This document shows positions 56,001-63,332 of a DNA stretch of 64,000 nt, piece by piece. The notes beneath the pieces were generated by a model that saw nothing but the letters and a program-made list of their open reading frames with translations, had not been told where the DNA came from and did not search any database. Source of the DNA: Verrucomicrobiales bacterium (GTDB taxonomy: Bacteria > Verrucomicrobiota > Verrucomicrobiia > Limisphaerales > UBA11358); the NCBI GenBank assembly GCA_028712475.1, contig JAQTQB010000004.1, positions 67,368 through 131,367 on the forward strand, read 5' to 3'. A program made the position numbers and the translations under genes. The stretch's first letter is position 1. Each line of letters starts with the position of its first letter.

Positions 56001-56978
56001 GCCGCCCATCGTGGCGCGATTACGGATCTGCCGCGAGCCGAACACGCAGAGCATGTCGCCCAGCACGGGAAATTCTTCGCCGAGCCGGTCTTCAATTTCC
56101 GTGAGCGTGACCGCAGCGCCGATGTGCCATTCGCTGGCGGCGCGGCGGATTTTGTTCAAATCCGAGACGGCTTCCACGGAAATCAGCGTGGTGAATTTTT
56201 TGTAGCGCTTGGTGATGTCGAGTCCCATTTCCGTGGCCCCGGCAATGATGCGCGCCTCGGGAAATTTCTTCAGCAGGACGAGAAGTTTGTGCAGCGTGGC
56301 AGGGCGGAAAAAATTTTCCCCGTTAAATTCGTATGCGGCCGCGCCGAGCTTCGCGTCCGATTTTTTCAGGCGGTCGGCAAACATATCTTCGTAGGAGCCG
56401 ACGTCAGGAGGCTCTGACTGTTTCCCATTTCCGCTTTTGATTTGAGCCTCGTCACCTCGTCTCCTACAGGAAAAAGCTTCCACCGCCGCGTCACGGATTG
56501 AACGATACCCGGTGCAGCGGCAGAGATTGCCGGCAAGTTGTTCGTCGAGATCGCCGTGCGTGTGAAGGTCGTCGCGATAGTAGCCCTCGAACATCGAGCA
56601 GATGAAGCCGGGCGTGCAATAGCCGCATTGCGAGCCGTGAAGTTCGACCATGGCGTGCTGCACCGGATGTAATCCCGAAAGCGCGGAGTGCGGAGTGCGG
56701 AGTGTGGAATTACAAACACCTTCAGCGCTTACCACCTCGCGGCCCGCGAGCAGGCAGACGGGCATGAGGCAACTGTTCACCGCGCGATAAGTTGGCTTGC
56801 CGTTCGCGCCGCGCTCGACAATGGCGACGGAGCACGCGCCGCAATCGCCTTCGGCACAGCCTTCCTTCGATCCGGTGAAGCCGGAACTGCGGAGAAATTC
56901 AAGCAGCGTCGTGTTGGGAGAAGTGTTCTCAACGCAAACCGGCTGGCCGTTCAAAATGAATTCAAATGCGCCGGACAT
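53037..56978 (-). CDS. Xanthine dehydrogenase, single polypeptide (2Fe-2S + FAD + molybdopterin domains fused)
   Basis: 1313 aa. Motifs: GCAEGDCGACSV and HGSQCGYCTPGF (the two 2Fe-2S centres), the FAD domain (..IIAGATEMG..GGNLAIASPIGD..) and the Mo domain (..GGGFGGKE.., ..FRGFGGPQG.., ..GTEMGQG.., ..KAVGEPP). Three repeat-derived in-frame segments are present. Confidence 0.93.
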   Translation of the reverse strand: MSGAFEFILNGQPVCVENTSPNTTLLEFLRSSGFTGSKEGCAEGDCGACSVAIVERGANGKPTYRAVNSCLMPVCLLAGREVVSAEGVCNSTLRTPHSALSGLHPVQHAMVELHGSQCGYCTPGFICSMFEGYYRDDLHTHGDLDEQLAGNLCRCTGYRSIRDAAVEAFSCRRRGDEAQIKSGNGKQSEPPDVGSYEDMFADRLKKSDAKLGAAAYEFNGENFFRPATLHKLLVLLKKFPEARIIAGATEMGLDITKRYKKFTTLISVEAVSDLNKIRRAASEWHIGAAVTLTEIEDRLGEEFPVLGDMLCVFGSRQIRNRATMGGNLAIASPIGDSAPVLLALDARVVLASESGERTLPISDFFISYRKTALQLNEVLKTIIIPRGGAAAGLTRKAEWFKVSKRREMDISTVAGCFVVDLDKQNIVRHVRLAYGGVAAMPARARKTEAALAGKIWSEETIQRALPVLRTEFTPISDVRGTAEYRSGLIASLLGKFFAGESERSVHAASPLECRSGLKSALQAQPHESAHKHVTGEAMYVDDQTSGMLEVWPVCSPHARAKIIKCDATAARQMPGIKAVLFAEDIPGENDVGTKHDEPLLASREVLFHSQLVALVVGDSQETCRAAAEKVVVEYEPLAPILTLRDAVAKGSFHNEPNFIRRGDSVKGLSAAPLVIEGEFELGGQEHFYLETQAAHATRGEDGSVFVVSSTQHPSEVQQVISHVLHLPANKVVVQVPRMGGGFGGKETQAATPAALAALATHHTGKPVRVRFNRDQDMALTGHRHPFLAKFNVGFDKDGLLQAAQVHLTSNGGWSQDLSQAVTDRALFHLDNAYYIPAVEFRGQVAKTNLSSNTAFRGFGGPQGMLVMEEILDRIARRLGLPPEVVRERNLYRGSGETNTTHYGQEIEDNRIQTIWHELKKTSELEKRRKEIADWNARHPHTKRGIAITPVKFGISFTVTHMNQAGAFILIYQDGTVQLNHGGTEMGQGLHTNVAMIAAQTLGVKLENIRVMPTSTDKVPNTSATAASAGTDLNGAAVKNACEILRARLTPAALELVAAEVTRLKSKAENESAQSLLTPAAAEDLVFADGFSFHRTLPDVKISFADVVKKAYLSRVSLLATGYYATPGIHWDRAAGHGKPFHYFANGAAVTEVEVDGFTGMHCVLRVDILHDVGDSVNEGVNRGQIEGGFVQGMGWLTAEELKWDDQGVLLTHSPDTYKIPSIGDTPQIFKVTLLKNATQKSVVHGSKAVGEPPLMLAISVREAIRDAVAAFGSGKGEVALASPATCEAIWMAIQEQRDVDSKESPKPDLVLAK
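53738..53813. repeat. Palindromic repeat (family C) inside xdh, copy 1
   Basis: gcagcagccggcgtaaggaggctc .. tttccgcttttgatttgagcctcgtcacctcg gctgctac. The 32-mer at 53774..53805 is identical to 56428..56459. It is translated as ..VAAEVTRLKSKAENESAQSLLTPAAA.. Confidence 0.8.
56392..56467. repeat. Palindromic repeat (family C) inside xdh, copy 2
   Basis: gtaggagccgacgtcaggaggctc + spacer + gagcctcgtcacctcgtctcctac. It shares the exact 32-mer with copy 1 but sits in a different codon phase (offset 2654 nt, which is 2 mod 3). It is translated as ..RRGDEAQIKSGNGKQSEPPDVGSY.. Confidence 0.85.
56683..56710. repeat. Heptanucleotide tandem array (4 units) inside xdh
   Basis: gcggagt gcggagt gcggagt gtggaat. 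It is translated on the minus strand as ..NSTLRTPHSALSG.. between the two Fe-S motifs. Confidence 0.85.
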
Positions 56979-56984
56979 ACATGT

Positions 56985-57389
56985 TCAACAACGTGACTGA
57001 ATCCACTTTGTCACTTTCTCGTGAATTTGATTGATCCAATCTTTTTCAAAGTCTTCGGTAACCGAAGGCAGCCTTTCATTGATTTTGGCGAGCGCATAAT
57101 CGTCAAAGTGATTCATTTGATCCATAAATCCCAAAACCGAAAGCCTGATGTGTTTCAATGGATGACCAAGATGACTGATAATCTCATGTCTGACTTCGTC
57201 AGAATCAATCTTGGAAAGGAAAAGCAGACCCATTTCAAGATGTTGTCCATCCCATCGCTTGGAATTCTTTCTGAAATAATTGAGGCAATCAGGCGGTAAA
57301 TTGCCTTCTTTTGCGATGGTTGCCGCGTAAAGCCCCAAAGGGATTCGACTTAATTGTTCAAATTGTTCCGGGTCGAATTTGTCGCTCAT
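56985..57389 (-). CDS. Hypothetical protein (134 aa), AT-rich orphan
   Basis: Clean ORF MSDKFDPEQFEQLSRIPLGLYAATIAKEGNLPPDCLNYFRK... It is clearly AT-richer than both neighbours and is wedged between xdh (6-nt gap) and the M20 hydrolase gene (7-nt gap). I recognise no motif. Confidence 0.55.
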   Translation of the reverse strand: MSDKFDPEQFEQLSRIPLGLYAATIAKEGNLPPDCLNYFRKNSKRWDGQHLEMGLLFLSKIDSDEVRHEIISHLGHPLKHIRLSVLGFMDQMNHFDDYALAKINERLPSVTEDFEKDWINQIHEKVTKWIQSRC

Positions 57390-57396
57390 AGATTGC

Positions 57397-58644
57397 CTAT
57401 TTAGACTTTATCCACCCCATCGCCTTCTCCGCCAGCTTGTCGAACGCGGCCACGCAGAGTTCGAGATGTTCTTCCTTCGTGTCCTCGATCTTGTTGTGGC
57501 TGATGCCGTGCAGGCTTTGGACAAACATCATCACGGTCGGCACGTCCGCGCGCGCGACTTCGGCGGCGTCGTGCAACGGGCCGCTCGGCAGACGATGCGA
57601 TTGGCCGCAGGTTTCGCGTATTGATTCGTCGCACAGCGCGATGAGTTCGTCGTTGAACGGACGTGGGTCAATTTGCCAGAGGCGTTCCCACAAGACTTTC
57701 ACGTTGCCTTCCTTGGCGAATTTTTCGCTGGCGTCCTTCGCTTCCTGCAACATTTTTGCAAGCACGGCGGCTTCAAGATGGCGCTGGTCGAGCGTGATCC
57801 GACATTCCTCCACGACGCTGGTGACGATGCCGGGTTTGGTTGTGCAAGAGCCAATGGTGCAAACGCCGTTGCCGCTGCGCCCGGCGATTTTGTAAATCTC
57901 CTGGCTCATTTTCGCCGCAGCGAGAAAAGCGTCTTTGCGGCGGTTCATCGGCGTGCTGCCGGAGTGCGCGGCCTGGCCGTGAAACGTGATGGCATGACGT
58001 TCAACGCCGAACGTGCCAAGCACCGCGCCGAGCGGCAAACCTAAATCCAAAAGCACCGGCCCTTGTTCAATGTGCAATTCCAGATACGCGGCGGCATTTT
58101 TTAATTCCTTGCCAGAATCTTTCACGCGCTCGAAATCTATGCCGACATCTTTCAAAGCATCAGGCAGTTTGATTCCCTGCTTGTCCACCAGCCCACGCGC
58201 TTCGTTCATGTCAAGATTGCCGGAGCAGGCGGAGGAGCCGAACAGACTTTTACCGAACCGCGCCCCTTCTTCATCGGCCCAATCAACGAGACGCACGGTG
58301 ACAGGCGGCTTGCCGTGGTATTGCGCGTTGATACGGCGGAGAATCTCCACGCCCGCAAGAACATTGAGGCAACCATCGAGCCAGCCGCCGTTCGGCACAG
58401 AATCCATGTGCCCGCCGATGAGCAGGCACTTTTCTGATTCGCCGCACAAGGTGAACCATGTGTTGCCCGCCGCGTCGTCATGGATTTCGAGCGGCAGACT
58501 CTCTGCCTGTTTCCGCAGCCACGCACGCGTCTTCACCCACATCGGCGTGAAGGCGACGCGTTGCGCGCCGTTTTCGTCGCTGGTGAGGGCGCGAAGTTCT
58601 TTCAGTTCGGCAACGGTGCGTTTTGGGTTCAGCGTTGGATTCAT
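57397..58644 (-). CDS. M20-family amidohydrolase (beta-ureidopropionase / N-carbamoyl-amino-acid hydrolase type)
   Basis: ..ENGAQRVAFTPMW..IGGHMDSVPNGGWLDGCLNVLAG..DWADEEGARFG..LELHIEQGPVL..GQAAHSGSTPM..SGPLHDAAE.. It sits next to pyrimidine-degradation genes, hence the beta-alanine synthase suggestion. Confidence 0.8.
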   Translation of the reverse strand: MNPTLNPKRTVAELKELRALTSDENGAQRVAFTPMWVKTRAWLRKQAESLPLEIHDDAAGNTWFTLCGESEKCLLIGGHMDSVPNGGWLDGCLNVLAGVEILRRINAQYHGKPPVTVRLVDWADEEGARFGKSLFGSSACSGNLDMNEARGLVDKQGIKLPDALKDVGIDFERVKDSGKELKNAAAYLELHIEQGPVLLDLGLPLGAVLGTFGVERHAITFHGQAAHSGSTPMNRRKDAFLAAAKMSQEIYKIAGRSGNGVCTIGSCTTKPGIVTSVVEECRITLDQRHLEAAVLAKMLQEAKDASEKFAKEGNVKVLWERLWQIDPRPFNDELIALCDESIRETCGQSHRLPSGPLHDAAEVARADVPTVMMFVQSLHGISHNKIEDTKEEHLELCVAAFDKLAEKAMGWIKSK

Positions 58645-58738
58645 GCCCGCTGTTATTTATTCCTTTTGTGCAAAATTATTGTAGCCAATGCGCCCAAAGC
58701 GAGTTAAAAGTTGAAAACAATTAACAAGGGAAGATGTT

Positions 58739-59866
58739 ATGCCGACACTAGCCACAACCATAGACGGACTTAAATTGCCCAACCCGTTCATCATCGGATC
58801 AGGCCCGCCGGGAACCAATCTCAATGTCATCGCCCGCGCTTTCAAGGAGGGCTGGGGCGCGGTCATCGCCAAAACGGTGAGCCTCGACGCGTCGAAAGTC
58901 GTCAACGTCACGCCGCGTTACGGCAAGCTGCATTCCAGCGACGGCAAGGAAGTCATCGGCTGGGAAAACATCGAACTGATCAGCGACCGGCCTTTCAAGA
59001 TCTGGGAGGAGGAGTTCAAAAAGTGCAAGGACATGTTCCCCGACCGCATCCTCATCGCGTCCATCATGGAGGAGTATCGCAAAGACGCGTGGATTGAAAT
59101 CGTTGAGCGCTGCCAGGCGTGCGGCGTGGATGCGTTCGAGCTGAACTTCTCGTGCCCGCACGGCCTGCCCGAACGCAAGATGGGCGCGGCAATGGGTGAG
59201 AACCCGGAGATCCTCGAAGAAGTGTGCGGCTGGGTGAAGAGCGCGGCGAAGATTCCATTTTGGGCGAAGATGACACCGAACGTCACGCACATCGAAGATC
59301 CAAGTCGCGCATCGCTCAAAGGCGGCGCGGCCGGCATCAGCGCCATCAACACCATCCGCAGCGTCATCGGTGTGAACCTTGATACGCTCCGGCCCGAACC
59401 GAATGTCGAGGGTTACACCACGCCTGGCGGCTATTCCTCAAGGGCCGTGAAGCCGATTGCGCTCCGCATGGTCATGGAAGTTGCGCAACTCATCCGCAGC
59501 GAATTCCCGGATCGTTCGCTGTCGGCCATCGGCGGCGTCGAGAACGGCAAGGACGCGGCGGAGTTCATTTTGCTGGGCGCGGACACCGTGCAAGTCTGCA
59601 CCGGCGTGATGAAGTTCGGTTACGAAATGGTGAAGCCCATGTGCGGCGAACTGCTCGCGTTCATGGAGAAGCACAAATTCGAGACGCTCGCCGATTTCAA
59701 GGGCAAGAGCCTCGATTATTTCACCACGCACGCCGACCTCGTCAAACGCCAGACCGAACGCAAGGCCACGCAAAAAGCCGCTGCTGCCGCCAAAGTCGTC
59801 AAAGCCGACGGCGAATGGAGCGGTGATGAATTCGTGAAACAATCGGATGCGTTGTCGAGGGGATGA
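58739..59866 (+). CDS. Dihydropyrimidine dehydrogenase-like flavoenzyme (PreA/DHOD family, without the C-terminal ferredoxin domain)
   Basis: ..LKLPNPFIIGSGPPGTN..GWGAVIAKT..ELNFSCPHG..ISAINT..GGV..GADTVQVCT.. is a class 1 DHOD/DPD TIM-barrel pattern. It sits in the pyrimidine catabolic context. Confidence 0.8.
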   Translation: MPTLATTIDGLKLPNPFIIGSGPPGTNLNVIARAFKEGWGAVIAKTVSLDASKVVNVTPRYGKLHSSDGKEVIGWENIELISDRPFKIWEEEFKKCKDMFPDRILIASIMEEYRKDAWIEIVERCQACGVDAFELNFSCPHGLPERKMGAAMGENPEILEEVCGWVKSAAKIPFWAKMTPNVTHIEDPSRASLKGGAAGISAINTIRSVIGVNLDTLRPEPNVEGYTTPGGYSSRAVKPIALRMVMEVAQLIRSEFPDRSLSAIGGVENGKDAAEFILLGADTVQVCTGVMKFGYEMVKPMCGELLAFMEKHKFETLADFKGKSLDYFTTHADLVKRQTERKATQKAAAAAKVVKADGEWSGDEFVKQSDALSRG

Positions 59867-59874
59867 AGCGCCAG

Positions 59875-59963
59875 GCTCCAACATCCAAGTTTCGGAGAAG
59901 CTCCAAACTTCAACGTCCAATCGGAAGCGCGCACCGCCAGGTTTGGAGCTTGGAACTTGGAGC
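59875..59963. repeat. Inverted pair of heptamer arrays (Ntccaa units vs ttggagc units) in the intergenic region
   Basis: Left: gctccaa catccaa .. gctccaa acttcaa cgtccaa. Right: ttggagc ttggaac ttggagc. gaagctccaaac and gtttggagctt can pair as a long hairpin just upstream of the mmsA ATG. Confidence 0.75.
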
Positions 59964-59971
59964 TTTTTAAC

Positions 59972-61468
59972 ATGGCTATGCTCGAACCTTGTCCCAATTT
60001 CATCGGCGGCGAATGGATTGAATCCAAAACCGCGCGCACGCCGGTTTTCAATCCCTCCATCGGCGAAGTGATTTCTGAATGTCCGGTCGGAAATGTCGCT
60101 GATGCAAATGCCGCAGTCGAGGCCGCGCACGCCGCATTTCCCGCGTGGATGGAAACGCCGCCCGTCGAACGCGCGCGGATTCTTGGCCGCTTCAAATTTT
60201 TGATGGAGGATAATTTTGAGGATATTGTCCGCAGCAACACCCGCGAGCACGGCAAGACGCTGGTGGAATCGCGCGGTGATGTGAAGCGCGGCATGGAAGT
60301 CATCGAGTTCGCGCTCGGTGTGCCGTCGTTGATGATGGGTGAGGTGCTGGAGAACATCGCGCGCGGCATTGATTGCGAGGCGATCCGCCAGCCGCTCGGC
60401 GTTTGCACCGGCATCACGCCGTTCAATTTTCCCGCGATGGTGCCGCTCTGGATGTATCCCATCGCCATCGCGTGCGGCAACACATTCGTCCTCAAGCCGA
60501 GCGAGAAAGTTCCGCTCACCGCCCTCAAGATCGCGAAGCTGCTCGAAAAGGCCGGTCTGCCGAAAGGCGTGCTGAACATCGTCCACGGCGGACGCGAAGT
60601 CGTGGACGCATTGCTCACGCATCCGAAAGTGAAGGCGATTTCGTTCGTCGGCTCGACGCCGATTGCGCGTTACATTTACGAAACCGGCACGAAGCACGGC
60701 AAACGCGTGCAATCCAACGGCGGCGCGAAGAATTACGTCATCATCATGCCCGACGCCGACGTGGAAAACTCCACGCGCGGTGTCATCGAAGCGGCGTTCG
60801 GCTGTGCGGGCGAGCGCTGCATGGCCGGTTCAACGGCTGTCGTCGTTGGCGGTGCGGAAAAATCTGTCTTGCCCACTCTCATTGAAGCCACGCGCAAAAT
60901 CAAAGTCGGCCCGACCGACCGCGAAGCGCAACCGGACATGGGCGCGGTCATCACCCGCCAGCATCGCGACCGCGTTCTGGAATTGATTGAAGCCGGCGTG
61001 AAGGAAGGCGCAAAGATTCCCGCCGACGGGCGCGGCGTGAAAGTCAATGAAGCACCGAATGGTTTCTACGTCGGCGCAACAATTCTCGATCACGTCCAAA
61101 CCGGCATGATCGTGGCGAAAGAGGAAATTTTTGGCCCGGTGCTGAATGTGATGCACATGGAAGATTTGGACGCGGCGATTGAACTAGCAAATAAATCGGC
61201 CTACGGCAATGGCGCCTCCATCTTTACCCGCTCCGGCAAGGCGGCACGCGAGTTTAAGCATCGCGTCAACTGCGGCATGGTCGGCATTAACATCGGCGTG
61301 CCCGCCTCGATGGCCTGGTTTCCATTCAACGGCTGGAACGAATCGTTCTTCGGCGACCTGCACATGCAAGGGCGCGAAGGCGTGCAATTTTTCACGCAGC
61401 AGAAAGTCACCACCAGCCGCTGGTTCAGCTACGGCGAGGGGGACATCTGGCATACGGAAAATAAGTGA
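59972..61468 (+). CDS. mmsA: CoA-acylating methylmalonate/malonate-semialdehyde dehydrogenase
   Basis: ..FIGGEW..FNPS.GEVI.., ..ITPFNFPAMVPLWM..ACGNTFVLKPSE.., ..GAKN.., ..FGCAGERCMA.. (catalytic Cys context) and the C-terminal ..GINIGVP..FPFNGW..SFFGDLH.. ATG at 59972. Confidence 0.92.
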   Translation: MAMLEPCPNFIGGEWIESKTARTPVFNPSIGEVISECPVGNVADANAAVEAAHAAFPAWMETPPVERARILGRFKFLMEDNFEDIVRSNTREHGKTLVESRGDVKRGMEVIEFALGVPSLMMGEVLENIARGIDCEAIRQPLGVCTGITPFNFPAMVPLWMYPIAIACGNTFVLKPSEKVPLTALKIAKLLEKAGLPKGVLNIVHGGREVVDALLTHPKVKAISFVGSTPIARYIYETGTKHGKRVQSNGGAKNYVIIMPDADVENSTRGVIEAAFGCAGERCMAGSTAVVVGGAEKSVLPTLIEATRKIKVGPTDREAQPDMGAVITRQHRDRVLELIEAGVKEGAKIPADGRGVKVNEAPNGFYVGATILDHVQTGMIVAKEEIFGPVLNVMHMEDLDAAIELANKSAYGNGASIFTRSGKAAREFKHRVNCGMVGINIGVPASMAWFPFNGWNESFFGDLHMQGREGVQFFTQQKVTTSRWFSYGEGDIWHTENK

Positions 61469-61492
61469 CGAGCGATATGTGATGAGTGACGA
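61465..61492. repeat. Heptanucleotide array (4 units), left flank of the four-helix-bundle gene
   Basis: gtgacga gcgatat gtgatga gtgacga. It is the inverted counterpart of 61925..61952. Confidence 0.8.
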
Positions 61493-61508
61493 GTTTCCAA
61501 ATCGGACT

Positions 61509-61922
61509 ATGAACGCGAATGGCAAGGCGCAGAGTTATCACGACTTGCTGGTTTGGCAGAAAGGCATTGCGCTCGCAAAGATGATTTACAAGATCACCGG
61601 CGAATTTCCGTCCGAAGAAAAGTTTGGGCTGATTTCACAAATGCGCCGGGCGGCGGTTTCCGTTCCCTCAAACATCGCCGAAGGCCAGGCACGCCATACA
61701 ACCGGCGAGTTCGTTCTATTTATTTCCCATGCCGGGGGTTCGCTTGCCGAACTAGATACGCAATTGACTCTCGCAACCGAACTCAATCTTTTACCCGCTG
61801 TTCAGGCCAAACCCTGCGCTGACTCGATTTCTGAACCGCGCCGGATGCTAAATGGTCTTCGCCGTGTTGTGAACGGGCAGAAGCCCGCAGCACCCAACTC
61901 CAAACTTGCAGCTCGTCGCTAA
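61509..61922 (+). CDS. Four-helix-bundle protein (23S rRNA intervening-sequence-protein family, TIGR02436-like)
   Basis: ..SYHDLLVWQKGIALAKMIYKITGEFPSEEKFGLISQMRRAAVSVPSNIAEGQARHTTGEFVLFISHAGGSLAELDTQL.. is the canonical pattern. ATG at 61509; an ATG at 61482 inside the heptamer array is also in frame. Confidence 0.9.
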   Translation: MNANGKAQSYHDLLVWQKGIALAKMIYKITGEFPSEEKFGLISQMRRAAVSVPSNIAEGQARHTTGEFVLFISHAGGSLAELDTQLTLATELNLLPAVQAKPCADSISEPRRMLNGLRRVVNGQKPAAPNSKLAARR

Positions 61923-61924
61923 AA

Positions 61925-61952
61925 CTCATCACTTATCACACATCACATGTCA
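61925..61952. repeat. Heptanucleotide array (4 units), right flank of the four-helix-bundle gene; overlaps the dihydropyrimidinase start codon
   Basis: ctcatca cttatca cacatca catgtca. Its reverse complement (tgacatg tgatgtg tgataag tgatgag) mirrors 61465..61492. Confidence 0.8.
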
Positions 61953-63329
61953 CTAGTAATTAAAAACGGCGAAATCGTTACCGCGAGCGAACGCTACGTC
62001 GCGGACATCTTCTGCGAGAACGAGACCATCACACGCATTGACCGCAGTATCACGCCGCCCAAGGGCGCGGAGGTGATTGATGCGAGAGGCAAGTTCGTTT
62101 TCCCCGGCTTCATTGACCCGCATGTCCATATTTACCTGCCGTTCATGGGCACGTTTTCCAAGGACGATTACATCACCGGCAGTGAGGCCGCGCTGATTGG
62201 CGGCACGACAACTCTGATCGAAATGTGCTGCCCGGCGCGCAAGGACGATGCGTTGGAGAGTTTCGAGCTTTGGATGAAGCAGGCGGTTGGCAAGTCCGCG
62301 TGCGACTTTTCGTTCCACATGGGCGTGACGAAGTTTGATGACAAATCGGAGAAGCAGCTCCGCGAAATCGTGAAGCGCGGCATCAGCTCGTTCAAAATCT
62401 TCCTTGCCTACAAAGGCGCGTTCGGCGTGAATGACACGGAACTGTATCGCACGCTCAAGCTCGCGAAGGAACTTGGCGTCATCGTCACCGCGCATTGCGA
62501 GAACGAAACGCTTGTCAGCGAACGCTGCAAGGAATTGATCGCCGCCGGCAAGACCGGTCCGGGCCAGCATCACGAAAGCCGCCCGCCCGCCGTCGAAGCC
62601 GAGGGCGTGCATCACTTGATGACGTTTGCCGAACTCACCGGCGCGGCGACTTACATCGTCCACTTGAGTTGCAAGGAAGCGCTCGATCAGGCCATCGCTG
62701 CCCGCCAACGCGGTGTGCGCGTCACTGTCGAAACGCTCATCCAATATCTCACGCTCGACAAAACCTACGCGGAAAAACCGAAGTTCGAGGGCGCGAAATT
62801 CGTGATGTCGCCGCCGTTGCGCGACAAAAGTAACCAGCCGGTTCTCTGGAACGGCCTGCGCGACGGGCTGATTCAAACCGTCGCCACGGATCACTGCCCG
62901 TTCGATTTTAAGACCCAGAAGCCGATGGGAAAAAATGATTTCACCAAGATTCCCAACGGCATCCCGTCACTGGAGGAACGCATCAACCTGCTTTACACCT
63001 ACGGCGTGAAGACGGGCAAGATTGACCTGCACACGTTCGTGAACGTCGCCAGCACGCAGGTCGCAAAGACCTTCGATCTGTTTCCGCGCAAAGGCACGAT
63101 CCAGCCCGGCGCGGATGCCGACCTTGTGGTGTTCGATCCGGATTATCGCGGGAAAATTTCCGTGAAGACGCAGCACATGAACGTGGATTACAGCGCGTTT
63201 GAAGGCTGGAAAATCGAAGGCCGTCCCAGCGTCGTCACCGTGCGCGGACAAGTCGCCGTTCGTGATGGCAAATTCGTCGGCAAGCACAGCCACGGGAAAT
63301 TCCTCCAGCGCAAGCCGAGTCATTTTTAA
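61947..63329 (+). CDS. Dihydropyrimidinase (D-hydantoinase)
   Basis: ..PGFIDPHVHIYLPFMGT..GGTTT.., FKIFLAYKG (carboxylated Lys context), ..VTAHCEN.., ..YIVHLSC.., ..VATDHCPF.. 460 aa. Confidence 0.93.
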   Translation: MSLVIKNGEIVTASERYVADIFCENETITRIDRSITPPKGAEVIDARGKFVFPGFIDPHVHIYLPFMGTFSKDDYITGSEAALIGGTTTLIEMCCPARKDDALESFELWMKQAVGKSACDFSFHMGVTKFDDKSEKQLREIVKRGISSFKIFLAYKGAFGVNDTELYRTLKLAKELGVIVTAHCENETLVSERCKELIAAGKTGPGQHHESRPPAVEAEGVHHLMTFAELTGAATYIVHLSCKEALDQAIAARQRGVRVTVETLIQYLTLDKTYAEKPKFEGAKFVMSPPLRDKSNQPVLWNGLRDGLIQTVATDHCPFDFKTQKPMGKNDFTKIPNGIPSLEERINLLYTYGVKTGKIDLHTFVNVASTQVAKTFDLFPRKGTIQPGADADLVVFDPDYRGKISVKTQHMNVDYSAFEGWKIEGRPSVVTVRGQVAVRDGKFVGKHSHGKFLQRKPSHF

Positions 63330-63332
63330 CGC

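Noticed and set aside
59438-60712. 424-aa and 300-aa ORFs on the minus strand
   Set aside because: They are antisense to the DPD-like gene and mmsA and are GC-rich shadow ORFs.
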